A stretch of 64,000 nt of DNA, taken from NCBI GenBank assembly GCA_036004585.1, contig DASYRH010000030.1, forward strand, positions 2,982 through 66,981, written 5' to 3'. Below, piece by piece: positions 46,579 to 56,928 of the stretch. A model generated the notes under the pieces. That model was not told where the DNA came from. It made no database searches and worked only from the letters and a program-made list of their open reading frames with translations. This DNA is from Nitrososphaera sp. (GTDB lineage: Archaea; Thermoproteota; Nitrososphaeria; Nitrososphaerales; Nitrososphaeraceae). The translations under genes were made by a program, and so were the position numbers. Within the stretch, counting starts at the first letter, position 1; each line of letters starts with the position of its first letter.

Positions 46579-48126
46579 ATGCACACTTACGGAAAACTAG
46601 CTTTTACGTGGCTTGTCGCAGGCATGCTCTTGGCTGCGATAGTACCATTAACATTGTCGACGGTGGCCTTTGCACAGAGCAGCACATCCCTCAATGGAGC
46701 GGGCGCTACATTTCCTTACCCGTTGATTGACACTTGGAGAGTAGAATACATGAAGGTAAAGCCAGAAGTGAACTTGAATTACCAATCGATCGGCAGTGGA
46801 GGCGGAATTCGCCAATTCACTGAAAAGACAGTTGACTTTGGAGCTACAGATGCACCGTTAACCTCTTCCCAGAGGTCTGCACTCTCTGGCGCCTCTGTTC
46901 ACATACCTGAAACAATCGGATCAGTAGTTGCTGCGTATAATGTAGTTGGAATTCCTGACAAGGGGCTCAAACTTACGGGTCCTGTTCTTGCAGACATTTT
47001 CTTGGGCAAGATAACAAAGTGGGATGACCCGAAGTTAACAGAGCTTAATCCAGGAATGCCTCTTCCAAGCAGCGACATTGTTGTAGTTCACAGGTCGGAT
47101 GGATCAGGCACGACTTTTGTCTGGACCGACTATCTTTCAAAAGTAAGCTCAGAGTGGAGGGACGGTGTCGGCAAGGGCACGGCTGTATCATGGCCCACAG
47201 GCATCGGTGGTCCGGGAAATGAAGGTGTTGCAAACGGAATCCGCGGGACATCAAATACGATAGGCTATGTCGAACTTGCCTATGCCCTTACAACAGGAAT
47301 GGACTATGCGTTTATCCAGAATCAAGCTGGCAACTTTATCGAGCCTTCTCTTGAATCAACAAAGGCTGCGGTAGCAGCATCTGCTGCAACGTTGCCAAGA
47401 GGAGAGGATTCATGGGAGACAGTTTCATTGACCGACGCCCCAGGAGCCGACTCGTATCCTGTGGCAAGTTTTTCCTACTTGCTTCTATACAAGGAGCTTA
47501 GCACTAATCCCAAGATAGACAGCATGGAGAAGGCTAAAGTGCTGCTAGAGTTTGTGGACTGGGCGATCACCGACGGCCAAGAGCTGGCTGATGAACTGCA
47601 CTATGTTCCACTTCCTGAAGAAGTAGTAGTTCTCGACAAGCAGACGTTGAGCTCAATAACTTTTAACGGTCAGGCTGTGTTAGAGACAGAGCCAGAGCCT
47701 ACTCCCGATGAAAAGCCATTTACTATTTCGTCATCACTCGACGGCAATAGCTACCAGATAAGCGGAAAATCAGAAAATGTTCAGGCGACTAGCTTTACCA
47801 TTCTTCCCGAGAAATCTGTCCAGGTCGTCTTTAGCGGTGCTGGAGATGTTGAAATCACGCTGCCCAAGAACATGATTAGCGGTGTAACCGCTGTGATGGC
47901 CGGCAAAGACTCGGTAGAATACACAAAATCGGAAGCCACGGATTCCACAACGCTAAGATTCACGCTCCCCGAGGGAGAAGATACAGTGGATATCCTGGCG
48001 ACAATGGTTGTTCCAGAGTTCGAAATGGTTGCGCTTTTGATTCTGGCTGCCTCTATCGTGGGAGTAGTGGTATTCACCAGGTTCAAAGACAACGCAATGG
48101 GGATTAAATTCGGAACCGGGATCTAA
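46579..48126 (+). CDS. pstS: phosphate-binding protein PstS with C-terminal extension and PEFG-CTERM-like anchor
   Basis: GAGATFPYP, YQSIGSGGG, RSDGSGTT and YPVASFSY; C-terminal VVPEF + TM helix + basic tail. Confidence 0.93.
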   Translation: MHTYGKLAFTWLVAGMLLAAIVPLTLSTVAFAQSSTSLNGAGATFPYPLIDTWRVEYMKVKPEVNLNYQSIGSGGGIRQFTEKTVDFGATDAPLTSSQRSALSGASVHIPETIGSVVAAYNVVGIPDKGLKLTGPVLADIFLGKITKWDDPKLTELNPGMPLPSSDIVVVHRSDGSGTTFVWTDYLSKVSSEWRDGVGKGTAVSWPTGIGGPGNEGVANGIRGTSNTIGYVELAYALTTGMDYAFIQNQAGNFIEPSLESTKAAVAASAATLPRGEDSWETVSLTDAPGADSYPVASFSYLLLYKELSTNPKIDSMEKAKVLLEFVDWAITDGQELADELHYVPLPEEVVVLDKQTLSSITFNGQAVLETEPEPTPDEKPFTISSSLDGNSYQISGKSENVQATSFTILPEKSVQVVFSGAGDVEITLPKNMISGVTAVMAGKDSVEYTKSEATDSTTLRFTLPEGEDTVDILATMVVPEFEMVALLILAASIVGVVVFTRFKDNAMGIKFGTGI

Positions 48127-48234
48127 GCTCCTCTCTTTTTTTCACTACTATATAGATCACTTTGATCTATATGGTCATCGTTGAGAATAATAAAATACTA
48201 ATGACGTATTCCGAAATCAGGCAAGCATTTCTTC

Positions 48235-49230
48235 ATGTCTGTAGAGTCTAGGTCCAATCCAAAACGTCTGCTCTCAAGCTTTTTCTTGAGCGGTAAGAGA
48301 AGAGGTGACCGCTGGTTCAAGTGGCTCGTGATAGGCGCTGCCGGCTATACACTTCTCATGCTTGCACTTATTGCGTTTTCAGTGGCTGAGGGTTCTGGAC
48401 CAGTGTTTGGGTTGGAAGGCTTTGGCTTTCTTTCAGGTACCGACTGGAATCCTGTAGAAGGTAGAGAATCGTACGGGGCTTTGCCATACGTGATAGGCAC
48501 ATTAATCAGCGCCGGCATTGCAATGGTCATAGGCGTGCCAATTAGCCTTGGCATAGCCATATTTATCTCAGAAATTGCCCCGCCAAGGATTGGAACTCCC
48601 GTTGCATTCGTAGTGGAAATTCTTGCGGCTATTCCCAGTATCATTTATGGGCTTTGGGCGCTATTCGTCTTTAGATTTTGGATTGTGGACTTTATCGAAA
48701 GACCACTCCACGAGGCGTTTGGGGGATCGTTACCCTTCTTTGCTCGCAACCCCTTTGGGCTTGACGTATTCACGGCCGGAATAGTTCTCGGGATCATGAT
48801 AATTCCGATTATATCATCAATATCACGAGAGATTTTCAAGGCAATACCCAACACCCAACGAGAAGCCGCTTATAGCCTGGGGGCGACAAGGTGGGAGACT
48901 GTCTGGAGAGTGCTATTCCCTTACGCCAAAGCAGGACTCTTGGGCGCTGCAATAATCGGTCTCGGAAGAGCCGTAGGTGAAACAATCCTTGTAACCATGG
49001 TCATAGGTAACACAGTCGGCGCAGCTGCGATTCCAGACTCGCTGTTTAGCCCTAGTCAGACTCTGTCAAGTGTCGTAGCCAATGAATTCAACGAAGCCGT
49101 CACTGAATTTCATTCATCAGCATTGATAGCACTCGGGGCGGTCTTGTTTCTTGTGACCATGGGAATAAACATCGGCGCCCATCTGCTGGTGGCAAGAATG
49201 GTCAAGGTTAGTCCGGGGGCAAAGGAATAG
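48235..49230 (+). CDS. pstC: phosphate ABC transporter permease PstC
   Basis: EILAAIPSIIYGLW, REAAYSLGATRWET and GRAVGET. Confidence 0.95.
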   Translation: MSVESRSNPKRLLSSFFLSGKRRGDRWFKWLVIGAAGYTLLMLALIAFSVAEGSGPVFGLEGFGFLSGTDWNPVEGRESYGALPYVIGTLISAGIAMVIGVPISLGIAIFISEIAPPRIGTPVAFVVEILAAIPSIIYGLWALFVFRFWIVDFIERPLHEAFGGSLPFFARNPFGLDVFTAGIVLGIMIIPIISSISREIFKAIPNTQREAAYSLGATRWETVWRVLFPYAKAGLLGAAIIGLGRAVGETILVTMVIGNTVGAAAIPDSLFSPSQTLSSVVANEFNEAVTEFHSSALIALGAVLFLVTMGINIGAHLLVARMVKVSPGAKE

Positions 49231-50142
49231 TTGGATTCAAGCTTGAAGAACGATAAGCGAAAGATGGTCCAAGATGCAGTCGTGCGCGGGAAGGCAAGAC
49301 GCAGGGTCATCGACAAGGCTTTCACCTGGGGGACTGTGGCCTGCATTGCTCTTGCGATGATACCCCTCGGCAGCATCTTGCTTGAAGTCGTCAAGAACGG
49401 GGTATCTGCAATAAGTGTTGAATTCTTTACACAACCACAGGGTTCAATCGTGACTGGGGGCGGAGGAATCGGGCCGGCAATTCAAGGAACAATTATCGTT
49501 GTTGCATATGCCTCTGTTATTGGCATACCCGTGGGCGTGCTGACGGGGATTTACCTCTCTGAGTACGGAGGCAATAGCAGGTTCGCGAATGCTGTACGCT
49601 TTTTTAACAACGTCATGACGGGTCTCCCTTCTATCGTAATCGGTATTGTAGGTTATATCTTGCTTGTCTTAACGATAGGCTCGTTCAACATTACTGCTGG
49701 GGCGTTCGCTCTTTCAATCATAATGATACCTATCATAGTGGGAGTCACTGAGGAAACCCTCAAGCTTGTGCCGAACTCGATCAGAGAGGCTGGGCATTCC
49801 CTCGGAATTCCAAAGTGGAGAGTGACAGTCTCGATCACCTTGATGAGTGCAAAGAACGGAGTACTCACTGGGATTGTCCTTGCGCTCTCAAGGATCGCTG
49901 GAGAAACCGCTCCTCTAATAATGACAATCTTGGGAACCAGTCTGTTCTTCGAAGGATTCGCGAGCCCTGTCGATGCTATGCCGCTGAGAATATGGAGGCT
50001 TGCATCACAACCCTATCTTCACGCACATTCATTTGGCTGGGGAGCTGCACTCGTTTTGATCCTGATGGTTCTCAGTCTCAGCGTAGCCCTTAGGGTTCTG
50101 GTTCTCGAGAGAAAGGGAAAATTCGGCATTAGAAGTAAGTAG
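49231..50142 (+). CDS. pstA: phosphate ABC transporter permease PstA
   Basis: GLPSIVIG, VPNSIREAG and SRIAGETAPL. Confidence 0.95.
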   Translation: MDSSLKNDKRKMVQDAVVRGKARRRVIDKAFTWGTVACIALAMIPLGSILLEVVKNGVSAISVEFFTQPQGSIVTGGGGIGPAIQGTIIVVAYASVIGIPVGVLTGIYLSEYGGNSRFANAVRFFNNVMTGLPSIVIGIVGYILLVLTIGSFNITAGAFALSIIMIPIIVGVTEETLKLVPNSIREAGHSLGIPKWRVTVSITLMSAKNGVLTGIVLALSRIAGETAPLIMTILGTSLFFEGFASPVDAMPLRIWRLASQPYLHAHSFGWGAALVLILMVLSLSVALRVLVLERKGKFGIRSK

Positions 50143-50215
50143 ATTCCGGTTCTACGGATACTATGTAGTCTATATAGGCAATCATTAATTATGCGACTGC
50201 GATATCTCTTTTCGT

Positions 50216-51040
50216 ATGACCAGTGAAGAGTATGCCCATAGTGTTGATTATGGGTCGTCCCTCCCGCGAGAAGGAGCGCGTCAGACTTACAAAGTTTCAG
50301 TTAAGAACCTTAATTCGTGGTTTGGCACCAAGCAAGCTCTGAAGAACGTAAGTTTTGATGTGAAGGAGAATACGATTACATCGCTTATCGGGCCTTCAGG
50401 ATGTGGCAAGACCACGGTTATCCGTTCTCTTAACAGAATGAATGAGATGACCCCTGGTGCAAGCGTAAAGGGAAGCGTATATCTCGATGACGTCGATATT
50501 TATGATAGCAGCGTTGATCCCGTGACAATAAAGAGACGCATCGGCATGGTCTTCCAAAAGCCAAACCCCTTCCCGACCATGAGCATCTTTGACAACGTTG
50601 CCGCAGGGCTAAAGCTCAACGGCGTCAGGGACAAGAAGTTGATACACGAAATCGTGGAAGACAGCTTGAAAGCAGCGGCACTATGGGACGAGGTCAAGAA
50701 TGAGCTGGGCAAGCCAGGCTCGAGCCTTTCTGGTGGTCAGCAACAACGCCTTTGTATAGCAAGAGCGCTGGCCATGCAGCCTGAAGTGCTACTGATGGAC
50801 GAGCCTACATCTGCCCTCGACCCGATTGCTTCATCAAAGATAGAGGAACTCATCAATGAGCTCAAGAGAGACTTGACGATAATCATTGTAACCCATAATA
50901 TGCAGCAAGCAGCCCGAGTCTCTGACTATACGGCATTCATGTATCTAGGCGAAGTTATTGAATACGGGCCGACAAAGCAGATCTTTGAGAATCCCGAAAG
51001 AGAGCTCACAGAACGGTACATCTCTGGCAAGTTCGGATAA
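50216..51040 (+). CDS. pstB: phosphate ABC transporter ATPase PstB
   Basis: [28 protein letters not shown] and [10 protein letters not shown]. Confidence 0.96.
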   Translation: MTSEEYAHSVDYGSSLPREGARQTYKVSVKNLNSWFGTKQALKNVSFDVKENTITSLIGPSGCGKTTVIRSLNRMNEMTPGASVKGSVYLDDVDIYDSSVDPVTIKRRIGMVFQKPNPFPTMSIFDNVAAGLKLNGVRDKKLIHEIVEDSLKAAALWDEVKNELGKPGSSLSGGQQQRLCIARALAMQPEVLLMDEPTSALDPIASSKIEELINELKRDLTIIIVTHNMQQAARVSDYTAFMYLGEVIEYGPTKQIFENPERELTERYISGKFG

Positions 51041-51078
51041 CTACAAAGTAGATAAGACAGCCTGAGAATCTTTTCGCC

Positions 51079-51738
51079 TTGACTCGTCTCCTGGACCTTG
51101 GCATTAGCCGGATAACCAACATAATTATGGATATGGCTAATCTGTCGGTCAAATCAGTCGATACAGCGATAGAATCATATGAAAAGGGGAGTGGTTCAAA
51201 GGAACAAATCTTTGAGTGGTCAGAACAGCTCCGGATTCTCCAGGATGAAGCCACAGAACTTGCGATGGAGCTTATTGCCCGCTACCAGCCTGTGGCAACA
51301 GATCTACGGTTCATACGCTCATGCATGGAAATATCGTACGGCTTTTCCCGGTTCGGCCGATACGCCTATGATATCATGGATATTATTGGCACGATGGGGC
51401 CACTGTCCCATTGTGACAAGTCACCAGTTCTTGAGATGGCAAACAGCGCAAGGGAAATGATCCACCTAAGCGTCAAGGCGCTCCAGAGTCAGGATAAAAA
51501 CGCAGCAGAAAAGCTCTACGCCATGGACGACACTGTTGACGCGCTATATCGCAAATATTTGCGCGAAATCATTACTCCCACCAACAAGAAGGAGATGAAA
51601 GACATGCTTAACGACCCGCGATGTTATATTTCGACTTTGCTAATACTACGTTATCTTGAACGAATTTCAGACCATGCATGTTATATCGGCGATTCTGTCC
51701 ACTATATCGTAACGGGGATGTCGAGTCCAAGGAGATAA
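51079..51738 (+). CDS. phoU: phosphate transport regulator PhoU
   Basis: IARYQPVATDLR, DDTVD and LERISDHA. Confidence 0.92.
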   Translation: MTRLLDLGISRITNIIMDMANLSVKSVDTAIESYEKGSGSKEQIFEWSEQLRILQDEATELAMELIARYQPVATDLRFIRSCMEISYGFSRFGRYAYDIMDIIGTMGPLSHCDKSPVLEMANSAREMIHLSVKALQSQDKNAAEKLYAMDDTVDALYRKYLREIITPTNKKEMKDMLNDPRCYISTLLILRYLERISDHACYIGDSVHYIVTGMSSPRR

Positions 51739-51824
51739 GAATCATATAGATAACATAGAAGTATATAGTTCACTATAGTCTATTCACGGAAGCTGTTTAT
51801 TCACTTCATCTCTAGTGCAACAAG

Positions 51825-52889
51825 TTGAGAACAGGCTCGGATACGAAAGAAGTGCGAAAGGTCCAGTTTACAGGCAGGTCTACTTACGTCCTTTCACTCC
51901 CGAAAAGATGGGTTGAAGAGATGCGGGTCAAAGCGGGCGATCAGGTGACATTGATACGGGAACTGGACAACTCACTATCAGTAGTTCCAGTTTCCGCTGC
52001 CGCTTCTGGGTCTCCTAATGAAGCCACTGCAATCATCACGCCGGCGGAAGGGAGCAATACGCTCAAGCGCAAGGTAGTATCGATGTACCTTGCAGGGTAC
52101 AATATTATTCATCTGCGGATCAAGTCAGGAAGGATTAACCCTTCACTTCGCGATGCCGTCAGAGAAGTTGTGAGGCGAAACCTGGTCGGAACTGAAATGA
52201 TTGCCGACGCATCTGATAACATAACTCTCCAGGTTCTCCTTTCTGTTCCAGAGCTATCAATCAACACGGCTATCAGGAGGATGTATCTGATTGCGTCGTC
52301 CATGCACAAGGATGCAATTTCTTCCCTTGCAGAGCAAAACTACGACCTAGGTCAGGAAGTTATCAAATCAGACGATGAGGTAGATCGGTTCAGCCTCTAC
52401 ATCCTGCGCAATCTTGTGATCGCAACGCAGAATGGAAGGACACTTAGAGAAATGGGCCTAAAGGATCCGTCCGATTGTCTGAGCTACCGCGTTGCTGTCA
52501 AAAGCATTGAAAGGGTAGCAGATCATGCGTGTGGGATTGCGGAAAGAGCGTTAAAGTTCAAGGAAAAGCTACCAAAAGACTCGCTTCAAAAAATAGAAAA
52601 AATGAGCCAGCTGTCCCTGACCGTTCTAACCGACTCTGTCGAAGCGCTGCTACGTCGCGATTATCGTCTAGCAGACAAGACGGTCGAAACTGTAGAGGGT
52701 GTCCACTCACTCGAAGTCGATGCTCTCGCCGCCATAGAGAAGGAAAAGATTCACGATTCGGCGAGCATCAAATTGATCCTCGAAAATATCAGAAGGACTG
52801 CTGAATACGCAAGCGATGTCGCTGAAGCTGCAATGAACCAGACCATTGACGAGGTTATCGAAAAGCACGTGCCTGCGAAGAACAAATAA
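51825..52889 (+). CDS. AbrB/MazE-domain + PhoU-domain phosphate uptake regulator
   Basis: RKVQFTGRSTYVLSLPKRWV N-terminal AbrB fold; DDEVDRF, ERVADHA and RRTAEYASDVAE. Confidence 0.9.
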   Translation: MRTGSDTKEVRKVQFTGRSTYVLSLPKRWVEEMRVKAGDQVTLIRELDNSLSVVPVSAAASGSPNEATAIITPAEGSNTLKRKVVSMYLAGYNIIHLRIKSGRINPSLRDAVREVVRRNLVGTEMIADASDNITLQVLLSVPELSINTAIRRMYLIASSMHKDAISSLAEQNYDLGQEVIKSDDEVDRFSLYILRNLVIATQNGRTLREMGLKDPSDCLSYRVAVKSIERVADHACGIAERALKFKEKLPKDSLQKIEKMSQLSLTVLTDSVEALLRRDYRLADKTVETVEGVHSLEVDALAAIEKEKIHDSASIKLILENIRRTAEYASDVAEAAMNQTIDEVIEKHVPAKNK

Positions 52890-52897
52890 AAAACAGG

Positions 52898-54220
52898 CTA
52901 GGGAGCCTTTATTTCCCTAACGCTAAAGTACTTAAAGTCCCATGTCAGCCCGTCGGACCTCCACGCCGCCAGGTTCTGCGAGCTGGTTCCTCCTGCCATG
53001 TTGATTATTTCGGCTCGTTGCCTGTGGAGCTGGTCGCTGTCCTTGTTCAGCGGGGAACATGTGGAATCAAAGTCGCTGTTTGTTGTGCCCCATCCACCTC
53101 TATCCACAACTACTGATGCGAGCTTCCAGTTGTTCTTGACGACCAAGTTGCCATTCCAACCCGTCACATCGTCGTCGATGTATGACTCCATTTTGACAAA
53201 TGTCTTGCCATTTTCTACAATGTTGTAAATGATAGCCTTGAAGCCGACCCATTTGTTTTGGATCTGCCTATCCGTTGCGTCAACAGTTCCTCTGCTGCCG
53301 GTGTAAGCGGGATGGTTGACCTCTTTTACCCATGCTGCATTGCCATTGCCGTAGAGCCTGGCCTTGTATGCTGAACCTTCGCAAGCGCCGGCAGGATCTG
53401 CATAGTGATGGCCTCCCCGGGAATACGCCTGAATCAGCTGAGTCCCGCTGACCATCTTTGCATATCCAGTTATTTCGACGTTGAGCCATTTGTCGTACGA
53501 GGGGGACCAGGCTTCCATCCTGACCTGGCTTGCAGAAACCCTCCACGAGCCATCCAATTGCTTTGTCATTAGAGGCAGATTCCGGAATAGCGGATCGCTT
53601 TTCGGGTTTGTCATGTCGACGTACCATTCGTTTCCGCCAAAAGCGGTGGGGAAGATCTTTTTTACCCCAAACTTGTCAAGTCCTGTCCAAGTTGATGTAG
53701 ACGTTGAGTAGCCGTTGACGTCAATCTCCTTTATACTCGCCCAGTCATTCTCGCTATTGCCGTTGACAGTTATTCTTACATGTTTTGCAGCAGTTCCCGA
53801 GAATGTATACCTCTCTTCCCACGTGCTAGTCCCGCTGCTCTTGCCGCTGTAAACGTTCTTCCAAGTGATCCCGTCGATGGAAATTGCAACTACAAAATAG
53901 CTTATCCTTGTGTTTCCCTGGTACCATGCGATATTGACACTGCATAAAGTTTGCTTCTGCTCAAGATTCGTCCTGATCCAGCTACCTTTGCCGTTGGCAG
54001 ACCATCTGGTTGACATATCATTATCTATTGCCCTCGCAGGCGGATTACCGGATTCATACGCTGATGCGCGCACGCTATCAACGGGCATTTCCGAGCATGT
54101 TGCGGCACTTGCAGGAGCTGTCAAAACATCCAAGCTCACTGCTAGACTCGAAGTCAATACAAGCGCTGCTGCCGCCAATGCCTTTGCGGCGTTTCCAAAA
54201 ATCCAATGTTTTTCTAGCAT
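52898..54220 (-). CDS. secreted F5/8 type C (discoidin) domain protein with uncharacterised C-terminal domain
   Basis: Signal peptide; AIDNDMSTRWSA...WIR...AKHVRITV; C-terminal LDKFG...RSDG..DFK..SVREI domain. Confidence 0.8.
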   Translation of the reverse strand: MLEKHWIFGNAAKALAAAALVLTSSLAVSLDVLTAPASAATCSEMPVDSVRASAYESGNPPARAIDNDMSTRWSANGKGSWIRTNLEQKQTLCSVNIAWYQGNTRISYFVVAISIDGITWKNVYSGKSSGTSTWEERYTFSGTAAKHVRITVNGNSENDWASIKEIDVNGYSTSTSTWTGLDKFGVKKIFPTAFGGNEWYVDMTNPKSDPLFRNLPLMTKQLDGSWRVSASQVRMEAWSPSYDKWLNVEITGYAKMVSGTQLIQAYSRGGHHYADPAGACEGSAYKARLYGNGNAAWVKEVNHPAYTGSRGTVDATDRQIQNKWVGFKAIIYNIVENGKTFVKMESYIDDDVTGWNGNLVVKNNWKLASVVVDRGGWGTTNSDFDSTCSPLNKDSDQLHRQRAEIINMAGGTSSQNLAAWRSDGLTWDFKYFSVREIKAP

Positions 54221-54397
54221 TTTCTCCCGAAAAAAGTTTAGGAAGATTGTATTTATTTCGGTCGAACTTTTTTCAAAATCCTGCAGCTTGAGACAGATTG
54301 ATCAGTATGCGCCCTACTGGCTGCTTATAGAGGCAGATTCTTTAAGGATCAAAAAAGGAGAAAGGGGGATGCTTTTCTAGGTGACTGTCAAGCGAAA

Positions 54398-56590
54398 CTA
54401 GTCTTCGTGTTCGTGCTCCAGTTCCACGTATGCTTTTTCAAGCGGCGCAAGCATTGTAGCAGTATTTGTTAGAAATTGCGAATTTGGAGTGCTGCCAGCA
54501 ATTATTTCCCTGACGCTGACATTTTTGAAATCATAGTCGGCACCATCACTCCTAAAGCTCACCCAATCGCCCATCCAAGTGACGACCTCGCCCCTGCTCA
54601 GCTGCTGGCCACTATTTCTGTTCTCCGGTACGTACGATGGATAGTTCTGGTTCATGTATGACATAAAATTCTCGAATCGGGTTGAAGCAGACCACCCGCC
54701 GCTGTCAAGGTACTCGGCCACTTTGATGAATTTATTGTTGTTATTCGGGCTGATATATGCTTCTAGCTTTCGCTGTGAGTTGTCGTTCATGTTGTAACCG
54801 ACATATTTTACAGTCACCCACCTGCCGGTTATAGAGTCTCCATTATCTCTGGTAGCTATTTCGTTAGTATATCCGCTGTTGCCAGTCTCATGATATAGTT
54901 CTTTGATAAATCCCATTCTGCCGTCTGCATATACTCTCATCTTGTTCGCAGAGCCGTGCCACGCTCCAGTTAAGTCGTTTGTATGCTGCTCGCCGTTGGA
55001 ATATAGCTGTACAAGAGCGCCTGAGTTTATTCTAATTTGCATGGTCATTTCCACGTTTCTCCAGCCGCCGTTAATTACCCAGCGAGGAGTGCTTCCTTCC
55101 GGTATGTTCCACGAGCCATCAGCGTTTTTTGAAAAGCCTGATGGCAACCTGTCTATTCTTCCATTGTCCCTAAATTCAGTAACGGTACTGGCATCAGTTT
55201 TAGTATAGTATTCATTGTCTGTGCCAGTAGCCGTCGGGTAGAGCTTTGCTATTCCGAATTGATCCAGTTCTGCAAAACTGGGCTCGGGAGCAGGTTCCGG
55301 CTCGGGTGCTGGTTGAGATTCAGGCATCACAGTCACATTGATTGAATTCCATGCCTGGTTGCCGGCATTATCTGTTGCCCTCGGCACAAGTCTGCGCTCT
55401 CCGGTGTAAACTGGCATCGAAACGCTCCAAGACGACCAGTCGCCTGGCGCCTTTGGAGTTGCAGCCTTGTATGAGCCGTCGTCTACACGCAATTCCACGA
55501 TTCTAATTCCATCGTCGCTGTCCGACGCAATGCCTTTGACGGTTATCGTGCCGCCATTAGTAATCACCTCAGAATCGCTTGCAGGATTAGTTATGGCGAT
55601 GCTCGGATTGGCACTAGAAGATATCGTGTAGACCTGTATTGCCACGCTTCCGATATTCCCTGCAACATCCTTTGCAAAATACTTTAGAGTACTGGTCGAA
55701 TTGATAGCCATTGGGCTGACGTATGCACTGCTTGAGGTAGATGGGTTCGATCCATCTGTGGTGTAATAGATTGTAGCCGGTTCACTTGCAGCAAGCGAAA
55801 CTGACAATGCACCAGTGAAGGTCCCGCCTAGAGGTGACGCGGATACTGTCGGGGCAGTTCTGTCTAGAGTACTATTCTTCGCTTTAGCAATCACATTAAC
55901 TGTGCTCTGCTTGCTGTTTCCTGCCCTATCTTTTGCGGTGGCATAGATGGTGTGCTTACCTTCTGCAAAAGAGCTGAATGATACAGTCCACGAAGACCAG
56001 TCGCCCTTAGCCTTTGGTGTGGCGTATACATATGCCCCTCCATCGACTTTTGCGCGCACCATTCGGATGCCAGTCTCACTGTCATGGGCAGCTCCTTTCA
56101 CTGTCAAGAACTCTGCAGGCACCGTAGCATCGCCTTGCGGGCTTGATATCGAAATGGATGGAGGCGTAGAATCGATAATGACTTTAACATAGATTGAATT
56201 CCATGCCTGGTTGCCTGCATTATCCGTTGCACGCGCCGTTATCCTATAGATTCCTGATGTCTGGACGTTTATGATGACGCTCCACGACGACCAGTCGTTT
56301 GGCCCAACCGGGCTTGCTGTAGTATACCTGCTTCCGTTCACCTTAACCTGAACAATTTTGACTCCGCTTCCAGCTTGATTATCGCTTGCGACACCAACCA
56401 CTTTGATTGCTCCAGTTGAAGTAGCCACAATAGTGTGAGCCGACGGAGAAATAATCCTGACCCACGGACGGGTGCTGTCATCAGTAGAACCGTAGACGTA
56501 CGTTGTACCGACGGCGCTTGTAGCCGCCGATATTAGTAGAAACATCGCTGCAAACGCAACAATCGTTTTTCTTTTTCTAAACTCTCTCAT
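54398..56590 (-). CDS. secreted Ig-like repeat protein with chitobiase-type Fn3 domain and uncharacterised C-terminal domain
   Basis: Signal peptide; three DWSSW/ATDNAGN Ig repeats, TIYYTTDGSNP, a PEPEP linker, and a C-terminal domain shared with 52898-54220. Confidence 0.8.
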   Translation of the reverse strand: MREFRKRKTIVAFAAMFLLISAATSAVGTTYVYGSTDDSTRPWVRIISPSAHTIVATSTGAIKVVGVASDNQAGSGVKIVQVKVNGSRYTTASPVGPNDWSSWSVIINVQTSGIYRITARATDNAGNQAWNSIYVKVIIDSTPPSISISSPQGDATVPAEFLTVKGAAHDSETGIRMVRAKVDGGAYVYATPKAKGDWSSWTVSFSSFAEGKHTIYATAKDRAGNSKQSTVNVIAKAKNSTLDRTAPTVSASPLGGTFTGALSVSLAASEPATIYYTTDGSNPSTSSSAYVSPMAINSTSTLKYFAKDVAGNIGSVAIQVYTISSSANPSIAITNPASDSEVITNGGTITVKGIASDSDDGIRIVELRVDDGSYKAATPKAPGDWSSWSVSMPVYTGERRLVPRATDNAGNQAWNSINVTVMPESQPAPEPEPAPEPSFAELDQFGIAKLYPTATGTDNEYYTKTDASTVTEFRDNGRIDRLPSGFSKNADGSWNIPEGSTPRWVINGGWRNVEMTMQIRINSGALVQLYSNGEQHTNDLTGAWHGSANKMRVYADGRMGFIKELYHETGNSGYTNEIATRDNGDSITGRWVTVKYVGYNMNDNSQRKLEAYISPNNNNKFIKVAEYLDSGGWSASTRFENFMSYMNQNYPSYVPENRNSGQQLSRGEVVTWMGDWVSFRSDGADYDFKNVSVREIIAGSTPNSQFLTNTATMLAPLEKAYVELEHEHED

Positions 56591-56928
56591 ACACCGAGAG
56601 AAATCTTTGGCTGGATTTCATTTAGTAGCTTGTACGTTTGCAATCAAACGTACCTCGCAATCGTAAATTCAGGAGTCAACAGTTTTTTGCTGCAAGCTTG
56701 CTGCAGAAAAAAAGCTGCGAAAATACATTTCGATGGTGCGGAATAGAGGCAGCCTCTCTATGTAAACTATTATCGTCGATCATAATCAGAAGATTTCATA
56801 TCAAAAGATACTATCCCATGTGAATGCGTGCCAAGTTCGCATGAACTCCAGTAAGACTGCGTCGACAAGGATTGCGATAATTGCAAGCGCGAAAACGCAC
56901 AAAGGATGCTTGGCAATCCAGCTGATAA

